This document shows, piece after piece, positions 12,301 to 20,402 of a stretch of DNA of 64,000 nucleotides. The notes below the pieces were generated by a model. It saw nothing but the letters and a program-made list of their open reading frames with translations, had not been told where the DNA came from and made no database searches. This stretch comes from an uncultured Candidatus Poseidoniales archaeon (lineage in GTDB: Archaea; Thermoplasmatota; Poseidoniia; Poseidoniales; Thalassarchaeaceae). A program made the translations under genes and the position numbers. The stretch lies in NCBI GenBank assembly GCA_902593945.1, contig CACJKA010000005.1, positions 16,643 to 80,642 on the forward strand, read 5' to 3'. Position 1 is the first letter of the stretch, and each line of letters starts with the position of its first letter.

Positions 12301-14890
12301 CGGTGTTCTTGAAACTACTTGGTTACCCTCTGAAGATGCAGCATGGTATGGCTACAGAGTTTATATCTGGGATTCAACAAATATACCTAACTGGGAGCCT
12401 AGTAAACAAGATTTAGATGATTTTGCAGGTTATATGCATGTTCCTTTCTGGTCCCAAACATCAGCGACTATTACTGAAGCTGATCATGATGGTGTCATGT
12501 CAACATTGATGGATGGGAACAAGTATCGTGCAGCAATTGTTACAGAATATGCAGATGGTTCAGTTGGGGAGCCAATGACATGGCCTTTTAATGCAACTCC
12601 AATTGATGAAGTTCCATCACCTCCTGAATGGCTAACTGCAAATCCAATTTCAGGAGGTACCGCCGGAACAATCTATGCAGAATGGTCAGCCTGTACTGAG
12701 ATGGACTCCGCTAAAACTAGGCTTTGGGCGGTTGAACAAGAGATTACAAATGCTCTAGCGTTGACAAATAACTATGACATTTCTTCAATTTCAGGAAATA
12801 ATACAGTTCTACAATTGAACCCCGGCTCTACATATTGGTTTGCTGCTGTTTGTGTAGATGAAAGTGGTCAGTCAGATCCACTAAATGCCACAATAGTTGG
12901 CCCAATCGTAACAGCGGGTGGCCTTGATGATGGCATTCCACCGATGCCGATTGAAGGAACTACTGCTATCGATGTCCCAGACGATGAAGGGGGACAAATA
13001 CAAGTTTCTTGGATTCCCAATGACGAAGACGATTGTACATTCTATACTATATTCGCCTTACCTGCTACTAGTTGGCAACCACCAAACAATGTAGATGGTT
13101 GGCCAGTATCATCATATGTCTCAAATTGTTCATCTAACTCTACAATCATTTCCTCGTTTGGAGATTCTCCATTCTTAGACGATACTACTTATTGGATAGG
13201 TGTGGTTGCTTCTGATGATTGGGGTAATCAAGATTTGAGCGATGTATTGGTTGTTGAAGTAACTCCTCAATCAAATAATGGTGGTGTAGGTATACCGCCA
13301 GCAAGAGTCGAGGGCTTAGTAGCATTCGATCATCCTGAAGATGATGGTACAGCTATTGATATAATTTGGAATAGGTCTTTAGCTACTGATTTCTCATTCT
13401 ATACAATTTGGGTTTCTGATTTCTATCAGGAAGATTTAACAGAATCTTGGAATGATTGTTCTGAATCTCCTCTGTCTTGTGGGCTTATAACATTGAATCA
13501 ACAGCAAATTGGAGGAGCATTCCAACTTCAGATGACAGTAGAGAAGGCACATTATGGAGACACTATTTCACAATCTTCTTCATCGTCAATAATACCCGAA
13601 GTTCCTCTATATGTAACTATCACAACTCATGACATCCATGGTAATGTATTCCTTTCTGATATGCAGAATTATATGGTCCTAGTTATTCCTTCAGATAATA
13701 GTGGAGATGTTTTCCCTCCTCCTAGAATCAACCCTCCGCAGTTAACTGACCGCCCATCAGATGATGGAGATGCTGTGTTTGTAACATTCCAAGAAAGTGA
13801 GGCTTCAGATATCTATGAATATTGGATATTTGCTGAAACAGTTCCTTTCAGTTCTTTAGTAAATCGCCAACCAGCAATGATTATTGATAGAGATGTAGAG
13901 ATGCCAGTTTTACTTCAACAATTTTCAGATGGCAGTCCATTAGCGCCTAATATTATGTTTTGGGTCAGCGTAATTCCCGTTGATTCATCTGGAAATTATT
14001 GGGATGAAGGAATCAAAACATCTTCAATTGCTTTAATCAATGAAAATATTCTTGATCCCGGCCTCCATATTCCAGAGATAGGAGGAATAATTGCTTATTG
14101 GGATAGTACAGGAACTAGGATTCAAATTGAATGGGATGATAAAAATGATCCAGCGATTGAATCATATTACATTTTCTTATCTTCTACGCCCTTTGAAGAT
14201 ACTCGTGATGCAGACACTTCTCAAAACGTAGTTAAACCATATTCAAGTTATACATGGCAAGCAACTCCATCTGAAATGGGTAATCAATACCCTCTCAACA
14301 ACGAGGCTTCCTATTGGATTGCTATAGTAGGATTTGATGGAGAAGTTCATCGTCTTGCTGTCGACCCTCTAGAAATACAACCTTGGTCAGAATCAGCTTT
14401 CGGCACAGATAGTGGTGGCTTGGATGACTCTGGAGTATCTTGGATAAATCAATTAATTGATGGCGATATGAATATGATAATAGCTTTAGTATCTGCAATA
14501 ATGATATTATTAGGTGGAGTAATGATTATGAAACCTAGAGGAAGATCTGCACCGCAACCTTGGGAGATGGGAACTCTAGAAGTAGAAATGGAGGAACAGA
14601 TGTATGACGAGGATTTCGGAATGGACGATGACTTCTCAGAAGATGATTTTATTCCTGATAAAGTAGAAAATGTACAATTTGATGAACAAATAAATATTGA
14701 TTCTTTATCACCTACAAAGCTTGATGATGAAGTTGTAGATGAACTACTTGTAGATGAAGAAGAGATTGATCTAGATGATTTAAGTGACTTAGCAGATGAC
14801 TTTGATCTTGATGATCTTGACGATATGGCAGAAGAATTATCTGAATTAGAAGATGATATTGATACATCTTTTATTGATGATATTTTGTGA
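6311..14890 (+). CDS. Giant (2859 aa) membrane-anchored extracellular protein: beta-propeller repeats, FN3-like repeats, C-terminal TM and acidic cytoplasmic tail
   Basis: Signal peptide (KRMAMILVALMLLLPWASF). Reg_prop-like repeats (GLPDNDVLSL, GLPSNIVRDF, FLSSDRINDL, GLDSNFINDV). FN3-like units with DxPxDDG. TM MIIALVSAIMILLGGVMIM followed by a D/E-rich tail. Confidence 0.85.
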   Translation: MRIVYDSVSGPQKRMAMILVALMLLLPWASFESPNLEQDSETMNTIPGAWGAGGSNDTGWIELSAEGANPSNGTFAYGDLFLDFAPGALIDNMTFEVKVNGSDGLWAYEPQITLLDSQTQILDWTDLGGFGIQDSFTENQPDVNSNGILDARLQPNSVSDTSWQLPTGISITDLVMEALRPADPKVSFSSLDIEIFDSAVNPVDGRLYILLGDDLLHLDDQTSTIIVDIESDVYGRSLAIDEFGNRLLIGTANGTILQRSLSDSSIMETYVSSNNQTVDALTVDDYGTIWAVSGCSVYYISEGSLESYYYCPGGAIKTATDIVPYGNDLYISTYQGLHLLGFSTSSGVNGTSVTVDSNVLWNTNNFLSSDRINDLQLFGSQLLIATDNAGIDRRNLVSNSWMATWSTNNWLSSNQVVGFGLTEGWLYILAANTIHTYDTNALFFSSQRQLTVFDLKENGNEIISWPGLGKQRSPDSGLVLVGDGSGVLGRLVGEINDGIETLVSSPSTNQMNQVIFVDDNEEGEIWVSGGTIIDRFDEATQTWLTPIDISDYVSNPFEITAFVQDSDGWVWVATINSGILRLDNTDASYMGTVQGIASNAVSSLSHDSYTEILVVGHYEDGLSFVNTSSMTLSDVITEQDGLDSNFINDVVTRYGVAYIATPDSGVMRINLQDFTILSSWQSLGADNLEAAPLAVDDDIIYFGLTGFGILLIDRHTSEIIDIWDADGSSGLPDNDVLSLHLDYYGGLIVGMEVPNSGGTSNQAMARWDGSDWEYFETDVPGGNNDPWKINDIKSDADGVVAATNRGVCTWTGWTLIQSNIYEWDECISPMNTSARFSETFSIELVPLSSSLSENCCTRILAGHNEGASLINRDVGLDVVERWTAGDDTQRARVVKVQDILYIGFENTGIGRYNLTSQEWLQTWDGDQGFIDDDDVTVLIPGHVEDTIWAGGDFGLTLINVVNETVLIDWDRGSNSGGPTLSNSAPQDIVIIDEILHYSTQRSTAWWQSNDQIWRINLTSNSSESTIDVGQELGWNGKIHSIGQVSEELWIGIRPTQYWNEGDGTIARWNVTNETWEAPLDTIGSVERVNAQFLGECFPINVSSCELWIAYGDNILRRFSAQTMTLLDEWTDIPGPIRGIVEYQDDYLFASMDGILRWEPDNETWLDPWVVNDGLPSDANDEVYTMIVVGDDLWAGSYSSGGWNTNSEIIRKNGTSGNWTTWDLGSAGIPSGYTADIEVCDNIVHIAVGAVNWWGNQGGIARYDLSDHDSDGITDEWITSLLTSNGLEDNDARALACDEANRIMYVGFDEEGVGIARYNYNTDQFLTTLTNSVDGISEDRIFPGGMLHDGNVLLTAHQFDTTGGISRIITSGTSTVNGQILSPGMDGCSIVRAPSSSTPIYAIGRSGQTSGINRVDRLDSTGLIESGFDELTGLTSGKILNIISNETNVWATSSLGWNSYYASSVLQGELVNDTVRWQYGYSFDGDIINDISLDGDNLWVTTAGNGLYKIDLIQRTLTPTSSALHSQMDGMFIEEDGTMYVGLMGESGTSAGYQAFNTNTENWGQGSLIAGLPSNIVRDFLEVDNHVLIATSGGIGMYNLTKDGWDSPITSYNGLPSPVIEHLMLLDSPIQGNGTILAGGLAGLTVLEAGTYSIQNTIDYSDGLIGNRVSGMLFADSVTREVTVGNSSIIQHHNASIFISHNGQGATRPGVAAWDIDTDSQNGTYLIDMIPSNNVLNLAADSWGVHVATDIAPVVHWNGTMGQMEAGTNPSNLLSWPPVKMVSNGNYLVLIGSGGINLLDVGNSHSVVASTSASGFNNAFIESDSLFVAAEDGLHVWKGSLIEQPREYQRRAEPMFSVFGGRQWEITSTTHPGMSTALVNSSDPLFIPNDSNSLPGVLPMYNGAMTITSPISSSNVWARSVSLNYSGSWDLAGRNPAIEAGFQSAISNVGPGSNSVQLHVQMQSPMNGTISVRMTYDWERIEVPTILTSLNNRANDGGGVLETTWLPSEDAAWYGYRVYIWDSTNIPNWEPSKQDLDDFAGYMHVPFWSQTSATITEADHDGVMSTLMDGNKYRAAIVTEYADGSVGEPMTWPFNATPIDEVPSPPEWLTANPISGGTAGTIYAEWSACTEMDSAKTRLWAVEQEITNALALTNNYDISSISGNNTVLQLNPGSTYWFAAVCVDESGQSDPLNATIVGPIVTAGGLDDGIPPMPIEGTTAIDVPDDEGGQIQVSWIPNDEDDCTFYTIFALPATSWQPPNNVDGWPVSSYVSNCSSNSTIISSFGDSPFLDDTTYWIGVVASDDWGNQDLSDVLVVEVTPQSNNGGVGIPPARVEGLVAFDHPEDDGTAIDIIWNRSLATDFSFYTIWVSDFYQEDLTESWNDCSESPLSCGLITLNQQQIGGAFQLQMTVEKAHYGDTISQSSSSSIIPEVPLYVTITTHDIHGNVFLSDMQNYMVLVIPSDNSGDVFPPPRINPPQLTDRPSDDGDAVFVTFQESEASDIYEYWIFAETVPFSSLVNRQPAMIIDRDVEMPVLLQQFSDGSPLAPNIMFWVSVIPVDSSGNYWDEGIKTSSIALINENILDPGLHIPEIGGIIAYWDSTGTRIQIEWDDKNDPAIESYYIFLSSTPFEDTRDADTSQNVVKPYSSYTWQATPSEMGNQYPLNNEASYWIAIVGFDGEVHRLAVDPLEIQPWSESAFGTDSGGLDDSGVSWINQLIDGDMNMIIALVSAIMILLGGVMIMKPRGRSAPQPWEMGTLEVEMEEQMYDEDFGMDDDFSEDDFIPDKVENVQFDEQINIDSLSPTKLDDEVVDELLVDEEEIDLDDLSDLADDFDLDDLDDMAEELSELEDDIDTSFIDDIL

Positions 14891-14934
14891 AATCTCTTAG
14901 AAGAATTTGAAGAGTTGTAAGTTTACGGCGGTGC

Positions 14935-15717
14935 ATGGCCGAAAACTCCAATCCTTGTTTTGAGGTGTGGTCTACTGTTGCTTGGGACGGTAAAGAAAGT
15001 CTACTATCTGCAAATTTGCATTTTGATAGAATGGAGAGACATGCCCACAGACTTAATTTTTCTTTACCAGAAAATTTTAGAAAAAATATTTTCAGAGAGT
15101 TAGTAAATCTAAATTTCTCTGAGAAGTCCATAGTCCAAGAAAATCAACCACCCTTTTTGGTCAAAATAAGTATAACTAATGAAGGAATACTTTCTTTATC
15201 ACCCCGTTTAAATCAAACCTGGCCGAGTGTTCTGAAAGCCATTACAGTTTCTGCTCCAAGCTGGGAAGGAGAGATTAGAGGTACGAAACATGGAGATTGG
15301 GGGCCATATTTTGATGCTAGAACATTGGCTTTGGAAAATAATGCCGATATATCTCTACTGATTGAACATGATTCCTTAATTGATGGCGATAGGTGCATGC
15401 CCATTCTTCTTGATATAGACGGTACTGCATACTACCCAAGAGTAGAAGATGGGGCCTTAGATTCAATAACTTTAGAACAGATTCACAATTGTTTAGAAAA
15501 TTCTGGCATTCCGATTAGACCAGCGATTATAACAATGAATTTAATTTTGAGGGCCAAGGAAATGATTGTAATTGGTAGTGGAATGGGTATTCAATCGTTG
15601 GGGGAAATAGATGGTAGGAAAATTGGTAAACCTCATGGCCGGTTATACGAATCTGCAATGTCTTGCTGGTTATCAAGACTTTCTGATGGATGGGAATCAA
15701 TTGATGAGATGAGTTGA
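14935..15717 (+). CDS. Class IV aminotransferase-fold protein, probable aminodeoxychorismate lyase (PabC-like)
   Basis: HFDRMERHA, GTKH (PLP lysine) and GALDSIT motifs; lies directly upstream of the PabB/PabA fusion. Confidence 0.7.
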   Translation: MAENSNPCFEVWSTVAWDGKESLLSANLHFDRMERHAHRLNFSLPENFRKNIFRELVNLNFSEKSIVQENQPPFLVKISITNEGILSLSPRLNQTWPSVLKAITVSAPSWEGEIRGTKHGDWGPYFDARTLALENNADISLLIEHDSLIDGDRCMPILLDIDGTAYYPRVEDGALDSITLEQIHNCLENSGIPIRPAIITMNLILRAKEMIVIGSGMGIQSLGEIDGRKIGKPHGRLYESAMSCWLSRLSDGWESIDEMS

Positions 15718-15721
15718 TATT

Positions 15722-18031
15722 ATGATACCTGATTTTCGTACCTTTCCAAATCACATTGAGAACCCTATTATTTCATTATTGGAATATTACAGAGATTTAC
15801 AACTCCCTGAACAAGACGAACTAATTTTAAATTCAGGCGGCCCTGTTACCGATTTATCTGAGTACTCTTTTCTTCCTTGTTTACAAAGTGTACGTATGTT
15901 ATTCTTCGAACCTCTTAGCGAAATCGAATTAGATAGTTCATCTGCACTTCAAGGAAATATAAATTTAGGAAATAATAATGAATTGATAGTCTTAGTTCAG
16001 AAGTACAGTTTATCTTCTTGGGAAACAGTGAATGAATATCAGGTTGAAACACTTGAGGAGGCAATAAAAATTGCAGAAGATCTGGAACTGCCATATGAGA
16101 ATGTTGACAATTTTCCAATAATTCCGGGAGGATTTACTGGTATTTTAGGGTATGACTTGAACAAATGGTCCGTCGGAATCAATTTGGCTAATAATCCACA
16201 AGATGGGACTCTATTAGGAGTACTATGGAGATCTGATGCATGGTGGATTCATAATAGGAAAACAGACGAATTAAGTATAATTTCTACACCTAATCATCCT
16301 TGGTTGGAAGAAGTAAATACTAATGGCCTGTCTATCATTAAGAATAATAGTTCTCCTAAATTAGAAAAATTTTCAGTACCAGAGTCTGAAAGTGATGCCT
16401 CGCACGCAAGAAAAGTTGAGAAGATTAAAGAAAGTATTCGGCAAGGTCATTTTTATCAATTGAATTATGGAAGGAAATGGACAGGTCCTATGCGAATTCA
16501 TCCATGGAACGCATTTCAAAGAATGATGGAGATTAATCCCTCACCCTTCGCCTCATGGTTATATGTCCATGATCATGGATGGAGCATCGCTTCAGCAAGT
16601 CCTGAACGTCTCCTAAGGACTAACAAAGGCATTGTTTCTACTCGACCAATCAAAGGAACTTATCCTAGAGGTAAATCTCTCAAAGAAGATAAGGATTTGC
16701 AAGTTGAAATGGTTTCATCAGAAAAAGAAATAGCCGAACATCTAATGTTAGTTGATTTGAAAAAACATGATTTATCGAAGATTTGTGAGCCAGGTAGCGT
16801 ACATTGGTCCGATTTCCGTATTGAGGCATTACCAACTGTTCAACATTTAGTTAGTGGTGTTTCTGGCAAACTAATCTCTAATATTGGATTTGGTAAGATA
16901 ATATCTGCTTTATTTCCGGGAGGTTCGATAACTGGTTGTCCGAAAATAGCATCTATTGCTGCAATAAATGAAATCGAACAATCGCCAAGAGGTGCCTGGA
17001 CAGGTTCAATCGGGCATTTCCATTCAAGTTCTGGAATTTCTGAATTTAATATCTTAATCCGTACATTAGAAGCCCATTCTGGACCAAATCATTGGTATGG
17101 ACGAGTTCAAGCTGGAGGAGGAATTGTGATTGGCTCTAATTCTTCTTCTGAAGTTGAGGAAGCACGATGGAAAGCTACAGCAATTACCGATTCTACTTGG
17201 GGATTTAGAACTGGTTTCTCTGCAGAAGAACTTCCCCAAAGAGGAGTAGAGATATTGCCTATTCCTGAGGTTAATGGACCCATCAGTAAACTAAAACCAG
17301 TTTCACCACAATTAAGTCCAAGAGTTGGTGAGATAATTAGGGGAGATTCTGATATATCATTTCCCGCAGACGTCCTATTGATAGATAATCTAGATTCTTT
17401 TACAGAAAACATTGCTAATTCAATAGTGAAGATGGGTTTCTCAGTTAGAATAGTGGATGGGCGTCCAAAAGATCATTCTGATATATCTAATAGAATCAAA
17501 TACTGGTTAGAAAATTTCACTCCTAAAAGTATCATTATTGGCCCAGGCCCTTCCCGACCTGAACAATCTAAGATAACCATGGAAATAGCCAAATTAGCAG
17601 TTGAAGGTAAAATGGTAGCAGATGGACAATATATTCCAGTACTTGGTCTGTGTTTGGGCCATCAAGCATTGGGATTGGCGGTTGGATGGGATCTGGTAGA
17701 ATCTCCAATGGGGGCAGTCCACGGTGTCCCCTCAATAATTAACCATGATAATCTTGGATTATACTCTAAGTATGAATCTCCATTGATTTTAATGAGATAC
17801 AATAGTCTCATATTAATCCCTAAAAATAAATTGATGATTTGTGATGCGTGGGATCAAAGTGAAAGTTTAGTCATGGGAATCAGACATCCGATATATCCAA
17901 TCTTTGGGATTCAATTTCATCCGGAGTCTGTTGGTAGCCCTCAAGGATATGAATTAATTTCTTCTTTTCTTAAACAAGAACCAGTATTAATAGACTCAAT
18001 TTTAGATAATAGTCAGGTTAGAAGACCGTAG
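15722..18031 (+). CDS. Fused aminodeoxychorismate synthase component I + glutamine amidotransferase component II (PabB-PabA)
   Basis: Chorismate-binding domain: SASPERL, RPIKGT (PabB-type Lys), EHLMLVDL, LFPGGSITGCPK, QAGGGIV. GATase domain: LIDNLDSFT, GPGPSRP, GLCLGHQ, QFHPES. Confidence 0.88.
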   Translation: MIPDFRTFPNHIENPIISLLEYYRDLQLPEQDELILNSGGPVTDLSEYSFLPCLQSVRMLFFEPLSEIELDSSSALQGNINLGNNNELIVLVQKYSLSSWETVNEYQVETLEEAIKIAEDLELPYENVDNFPIIPGGFTGILGYDLNKWSVGINLANNPQDGTLLGVLWRSDAWWIHNRKTDELSIISTPNHPWLEEVNTNGLSIIKNNSSPKLEKFSVPESESDASHARKVEKIKESIRQGHFYQLNYGRKWTGPMRIHPWNAFQRMMEINPSPFASWLYVHDHGWSIASASPERLLRTNKGIVSTRPIKGTYPRGKSLKEDKDLQVEMVSSEKEIAEHLMLVDLKKHDLSKICEPGSVHWSDFRIEALPTVQHLVSGVSGKLISNIGFGKIISALFPGGSITGCPKIASIAAINEIEQSPRGAWTGSIGHFHSSSGISEFNILIRTLEAHSGPNHWYGRVQAGGGIVIGSNSSSEVEEARWKATAITDSTWGFRTGFSAEELPQRGVEILPIPEVNGPISKLKPVSPQLSPRVGEIIRGDSDISFPADVLLIDNLDSFTENIANSIVKMGFSVRIVDGRPKDHSDISNRIKYWLENFTPKSIIIGPGPSRPEQSKITMEIAKLAVEGKMVADGQYIPVLGLCLGHQALGLAVGWDLVESPMGAVHGVPSIINHDNLGLYSKYESPLILMRYNSLILIPKNKLMICDAWDQSESLVMGIRHPIYPIFGIQFHPESVGSPQGYELISSFLKQEPVLIDSILDNSQVRRP

Positions 18032-18070
18032 CCTTGAATTAGCATTCCATTGTGCGTAAGTTGAAGCAAC

Positions 18071-18433
18071 ATGCCATATTGCAGGTTATGTAAACAAAAT
18101 TATCCTGAGAATCAATTTGTGAGTGGTAATGGACCCCGTTATCTTGTATGTGCTAGATGTGCAATAGAGCACGATCTTGCAGATGAAGACGAAGTCCCTC
18201 AATTATATTCAGATGACCTAGTTAAGGCTAGATTTGCCCTGTTTAGCAGAAGACACAGGTTATGGCTGGCTCTTCTTACTGGATGGACTTTATACTTCAC
18301 ATTAGGCAATGATATCGAACTTTGGTCAGGTTTATTCTTTATTGCTTTGGTAATCGGAACTATCTCTACTCCAGTCTTGTATTTCTTAGGTTCAGCTCGT
18401 TTTAACGCCGAATTATCAAAATTGTCTCCTTGA
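18071..18433 (+). CDS. Small membrane protein with N-terminal zinc-binding motif
   Basis: CRLC...CARC followed by two hydrophobic helices. Confidence 0.7.
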   Translation: MPYCRLCKQNYPENQFVSGNGPRYLVCARCAIEHDLADEDEVPQLYSDDLVKARFALFSRRHRLWLALLTGWTLYFTLGNDIELWSGLFFIALVIGTISTPVLYFLGSARFNAELSKLSP

Positions 18434-18482
18434 TACCAATTCGGGAATCCTTGAAATAGTGTATACCTACCTCTGAACTTAG

Positions 18483-18635
18483 AGGGAACAGAGGGTTCCC
18501 TATGAATGCCCGCGAGATTGGATGAAAAATTAGGAGGAGTTGAATAAATTAAAATAATTTGTTAAGTAGATAAAAAAAGGCGCAGTATAGCGTTTTTATT
18601 ATGCTTCATAGTTAACATTCAACTCTTTTTCTAAT
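18483..18635 (+). promoter_or_regulatory. Structured intergenic region / putative 5' leader of the GQ-repeat gene
   Basis: AGGGAAC-agagg-GTTCCCT hairpin (18483-18501). Long imperfect hairpin at about 18529-18635 (GAGTTGAAT/ATTCAACTC, TGTTAA/TTAACA, ATAAAAA..CGC/GCG..TTTTTAT). Confidence 0.45.
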
Positions 18636-18743
18636 AATACCGAACTCTCCCGGATAATAGTTTAGCGTGACAGAAGCGTGAGCATTGTTCGGAAAGAGAG
18701 AACAGCGGGTACTCTATAACTAAATTTTAAGGAAGTAAAAAAA

Positions 18744-20294
18744 ATGAAGAAAACGAAGAATATGAGTATGTTGATTGCACTACTCCTATTGCTAATGGTT
18801 GGTTCAGTCGGTGTTCAAGCTGACGGTTCCGATCCACTCGACCCATCTGATGGTGGTGCCGATTGGGATGGAGATGGACTAACCAATGCTGAGGAGCAGG
18901 CTGCAGGAACAGACATGAATAATGCAGATACTGACAACGATGGATTACCAGATGGGTGGGAAGTAGCTTACGGGCTAAATCCTAATTCAGCTAGTGATGC
19001 GAACGCAGATCCGGATGGCGACGGCCTATCCAACTCTCAGGAGTATGCCGCGGGTACAAACCCGAATAGTGCAGATACCGACGGAGATGGTGTAGCTGAC
19101 GGCTCCGATCCGTTCCCAAATGATCCTAATGATGGTTCATCATCTGACTCTGATGGCGACGGAATACCTGATGCGTATGACCCTGACTTCCCTGGAAATG
19201 ACCAGGGTGATGGCGACGGCGGAACAGATGGCGGCGGTGAAGGAGAAGATGGTGAAGGCGAAGGTCAAGGTCAAGGACAAGGTCAAGGACAAGGTCAAGG
19301 TCAAGGACAAGGACAAGGTCAAGGACAAGGTCAAGGACAAGGTCAAGGCCAAGGACAAGGTCAAGGACAAGGTCAAGGACAAGATGGTCAACAAGGCCAA
19401 GGCCAAGATCAAGGATCGCAATCAGGACAAGATGGTCAACAAGGCCAAGACAGTCAAGATGGATCGCAAGGTCAGCAGCAAGATAATGGACAAGGCCAGC
19501 AATCTGGTGGAGAACAATCTGGACAACAAGGTGACCAAACTGGCGATAGTCAGAATGGAAACAACCAGAATGGTCAAAATCAACAGCAACAAGGTCAGAC
19601 CCAAGACTCCAATCAAGGACAACAGGGACAACAATCCGATCAGCAGCAAAACCAACAGCTCGAGAACCAAGACCAGAACGGTGAAAACGACAACGATGGA
19701 GATGGCATCCCTGATGACCTAGACTTCGATGACGACAACGATGGTATTCCTGATAATCAGGATGCTAACCCAGAGGATCACGATAACGATGGTATCGACG
19801 ATGCAGATGATGATGACGATGACGGTGACGGAATAGACGACCAAGAGGAAGTCAATGATGGAAACCCAAATACAGACATCTATGATCATGACAACGACGG
19901 TGTCAGAGATAACGTAGACTTTGATATTGACAATGATGGCATTGATAATTGGAACGATATTGGACCGAACGGTGAGGATTACTCACGCGATCATGACAAT
20001 GACGGTTTGAATGACGGTGTTGACACTGACGATGATAACGATGATATCCTTGACGTTGACGAAAACGATGGCGTTGTAGGCGTTTGGAGATACGATCATG
20101 ACAACGATGGAATCCAAGATTATTGGGATCTAGACGATGATAATGATGGTCTTTCCGACTGGTTTGAGCAGAATGATGGCTGGAGTAATACCGGCCAATT
20201 CGATCACGACAATGATGGCGTGCCCGATCATCTGGATGACGACGACGATGGAGACGGAATCTTAGATTCCGACGAAAACGGCGGAGTCCTCTGA
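18744..20294 (+). CDS. Secreted acidic protein with thrombospondin type 3-like Ca2+-binding repeats and a central G/Q low-complexity region
   Basis: Signal peptide; DxDGDG/DHDNDG repeats at both ends; (GQ)20 and a Q/N/G/D-rich middle; no C-terminal TM. Confidence 0.88.
   Translation: MKKTKNMSMLIALLLLLMVGSVGVQADGSDPLDPSDGGADWDGDGLTNAEEQAAGTDMNNADTDNDGLPDGWEVAYGLNPNSASDANADPDGDGLSNSQEYAAGTNPNSADTDGDGVADGSDPFPNDPNDGSSSDSDGDGIPDAYDPDFPGNDQGDGDGGTDGGGEGEDGEGEGQGQGQGQGQGQGQGQGQGQGQGQGQGQGQGQGQGQGQGQDGQQGQGQDQGSQSGQDGQQGQDSQDGSQGQQQDNGQGQQSGGEQSGQQGDQTGDSQNGNNQNGQNQQQQGQTQDSNQGQQGQQSDQQQNQQLENQDQNGENDNDGDGIPDDLDFDDDNDGIPDNQDANPEDHDNDGIDDADDDDDDGDGIDDQEEVNDGNPNTDIYDHDNDGVRDNVDFDIDNDGIDNWNDIGPNGEDYSRDHDNDGLNDGVDTDDDNDDILDVDENDGVVGVWRYDHDNDGIQDYWDLDDDNDGLSDWFEQNDGWSNTGQFDHDNDGVPDHLDDDDDGDGILDSDENGGVL
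19263..19382 (+). repeat. Tandem 6-bp coding repeat (GGNCAA)x20 encoding (Gly-Gln)20
   Basis: Direct count: 120 bp of ggtcaa/ggacaa/ggccaa units. Confidence 0.95.
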
Positions 20295-20352
20295 TTGGAA
20301 AATTGGATGACTAGATTGTTTTGCTAGCCTGCAACATCCTAGATGTCACGCA

Positions 20353-20395
20353 GCGACAGACTCCCCTAGGGCGACTAAGTCCTAGGGAGAGTCGC
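20353..20395. terminator. GC-rich stem-loop between the convergent GQ-repeat gene and fen
   Basis: GACTC-CCCTAGGGC-gactaa-GTCCTAGGG-a-GAGTC inverted repeat. Confidence 0.55.
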
Positions 20396-20402
20396 AACCC
20401 TT

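Noticed and set aside
19263..19382. Possible CRISPR array
   Set aside because: 6-bp tandem units with no spacers, in frame within a CDS, and no cas genes present.
19120..19722. 200-aa KVKDKV-repeat ORF and the antisense LTLS/LLLL ORFs
   Set aside because: Shadow frames produced by the stop-free GGNCAA repeat of the real gene.
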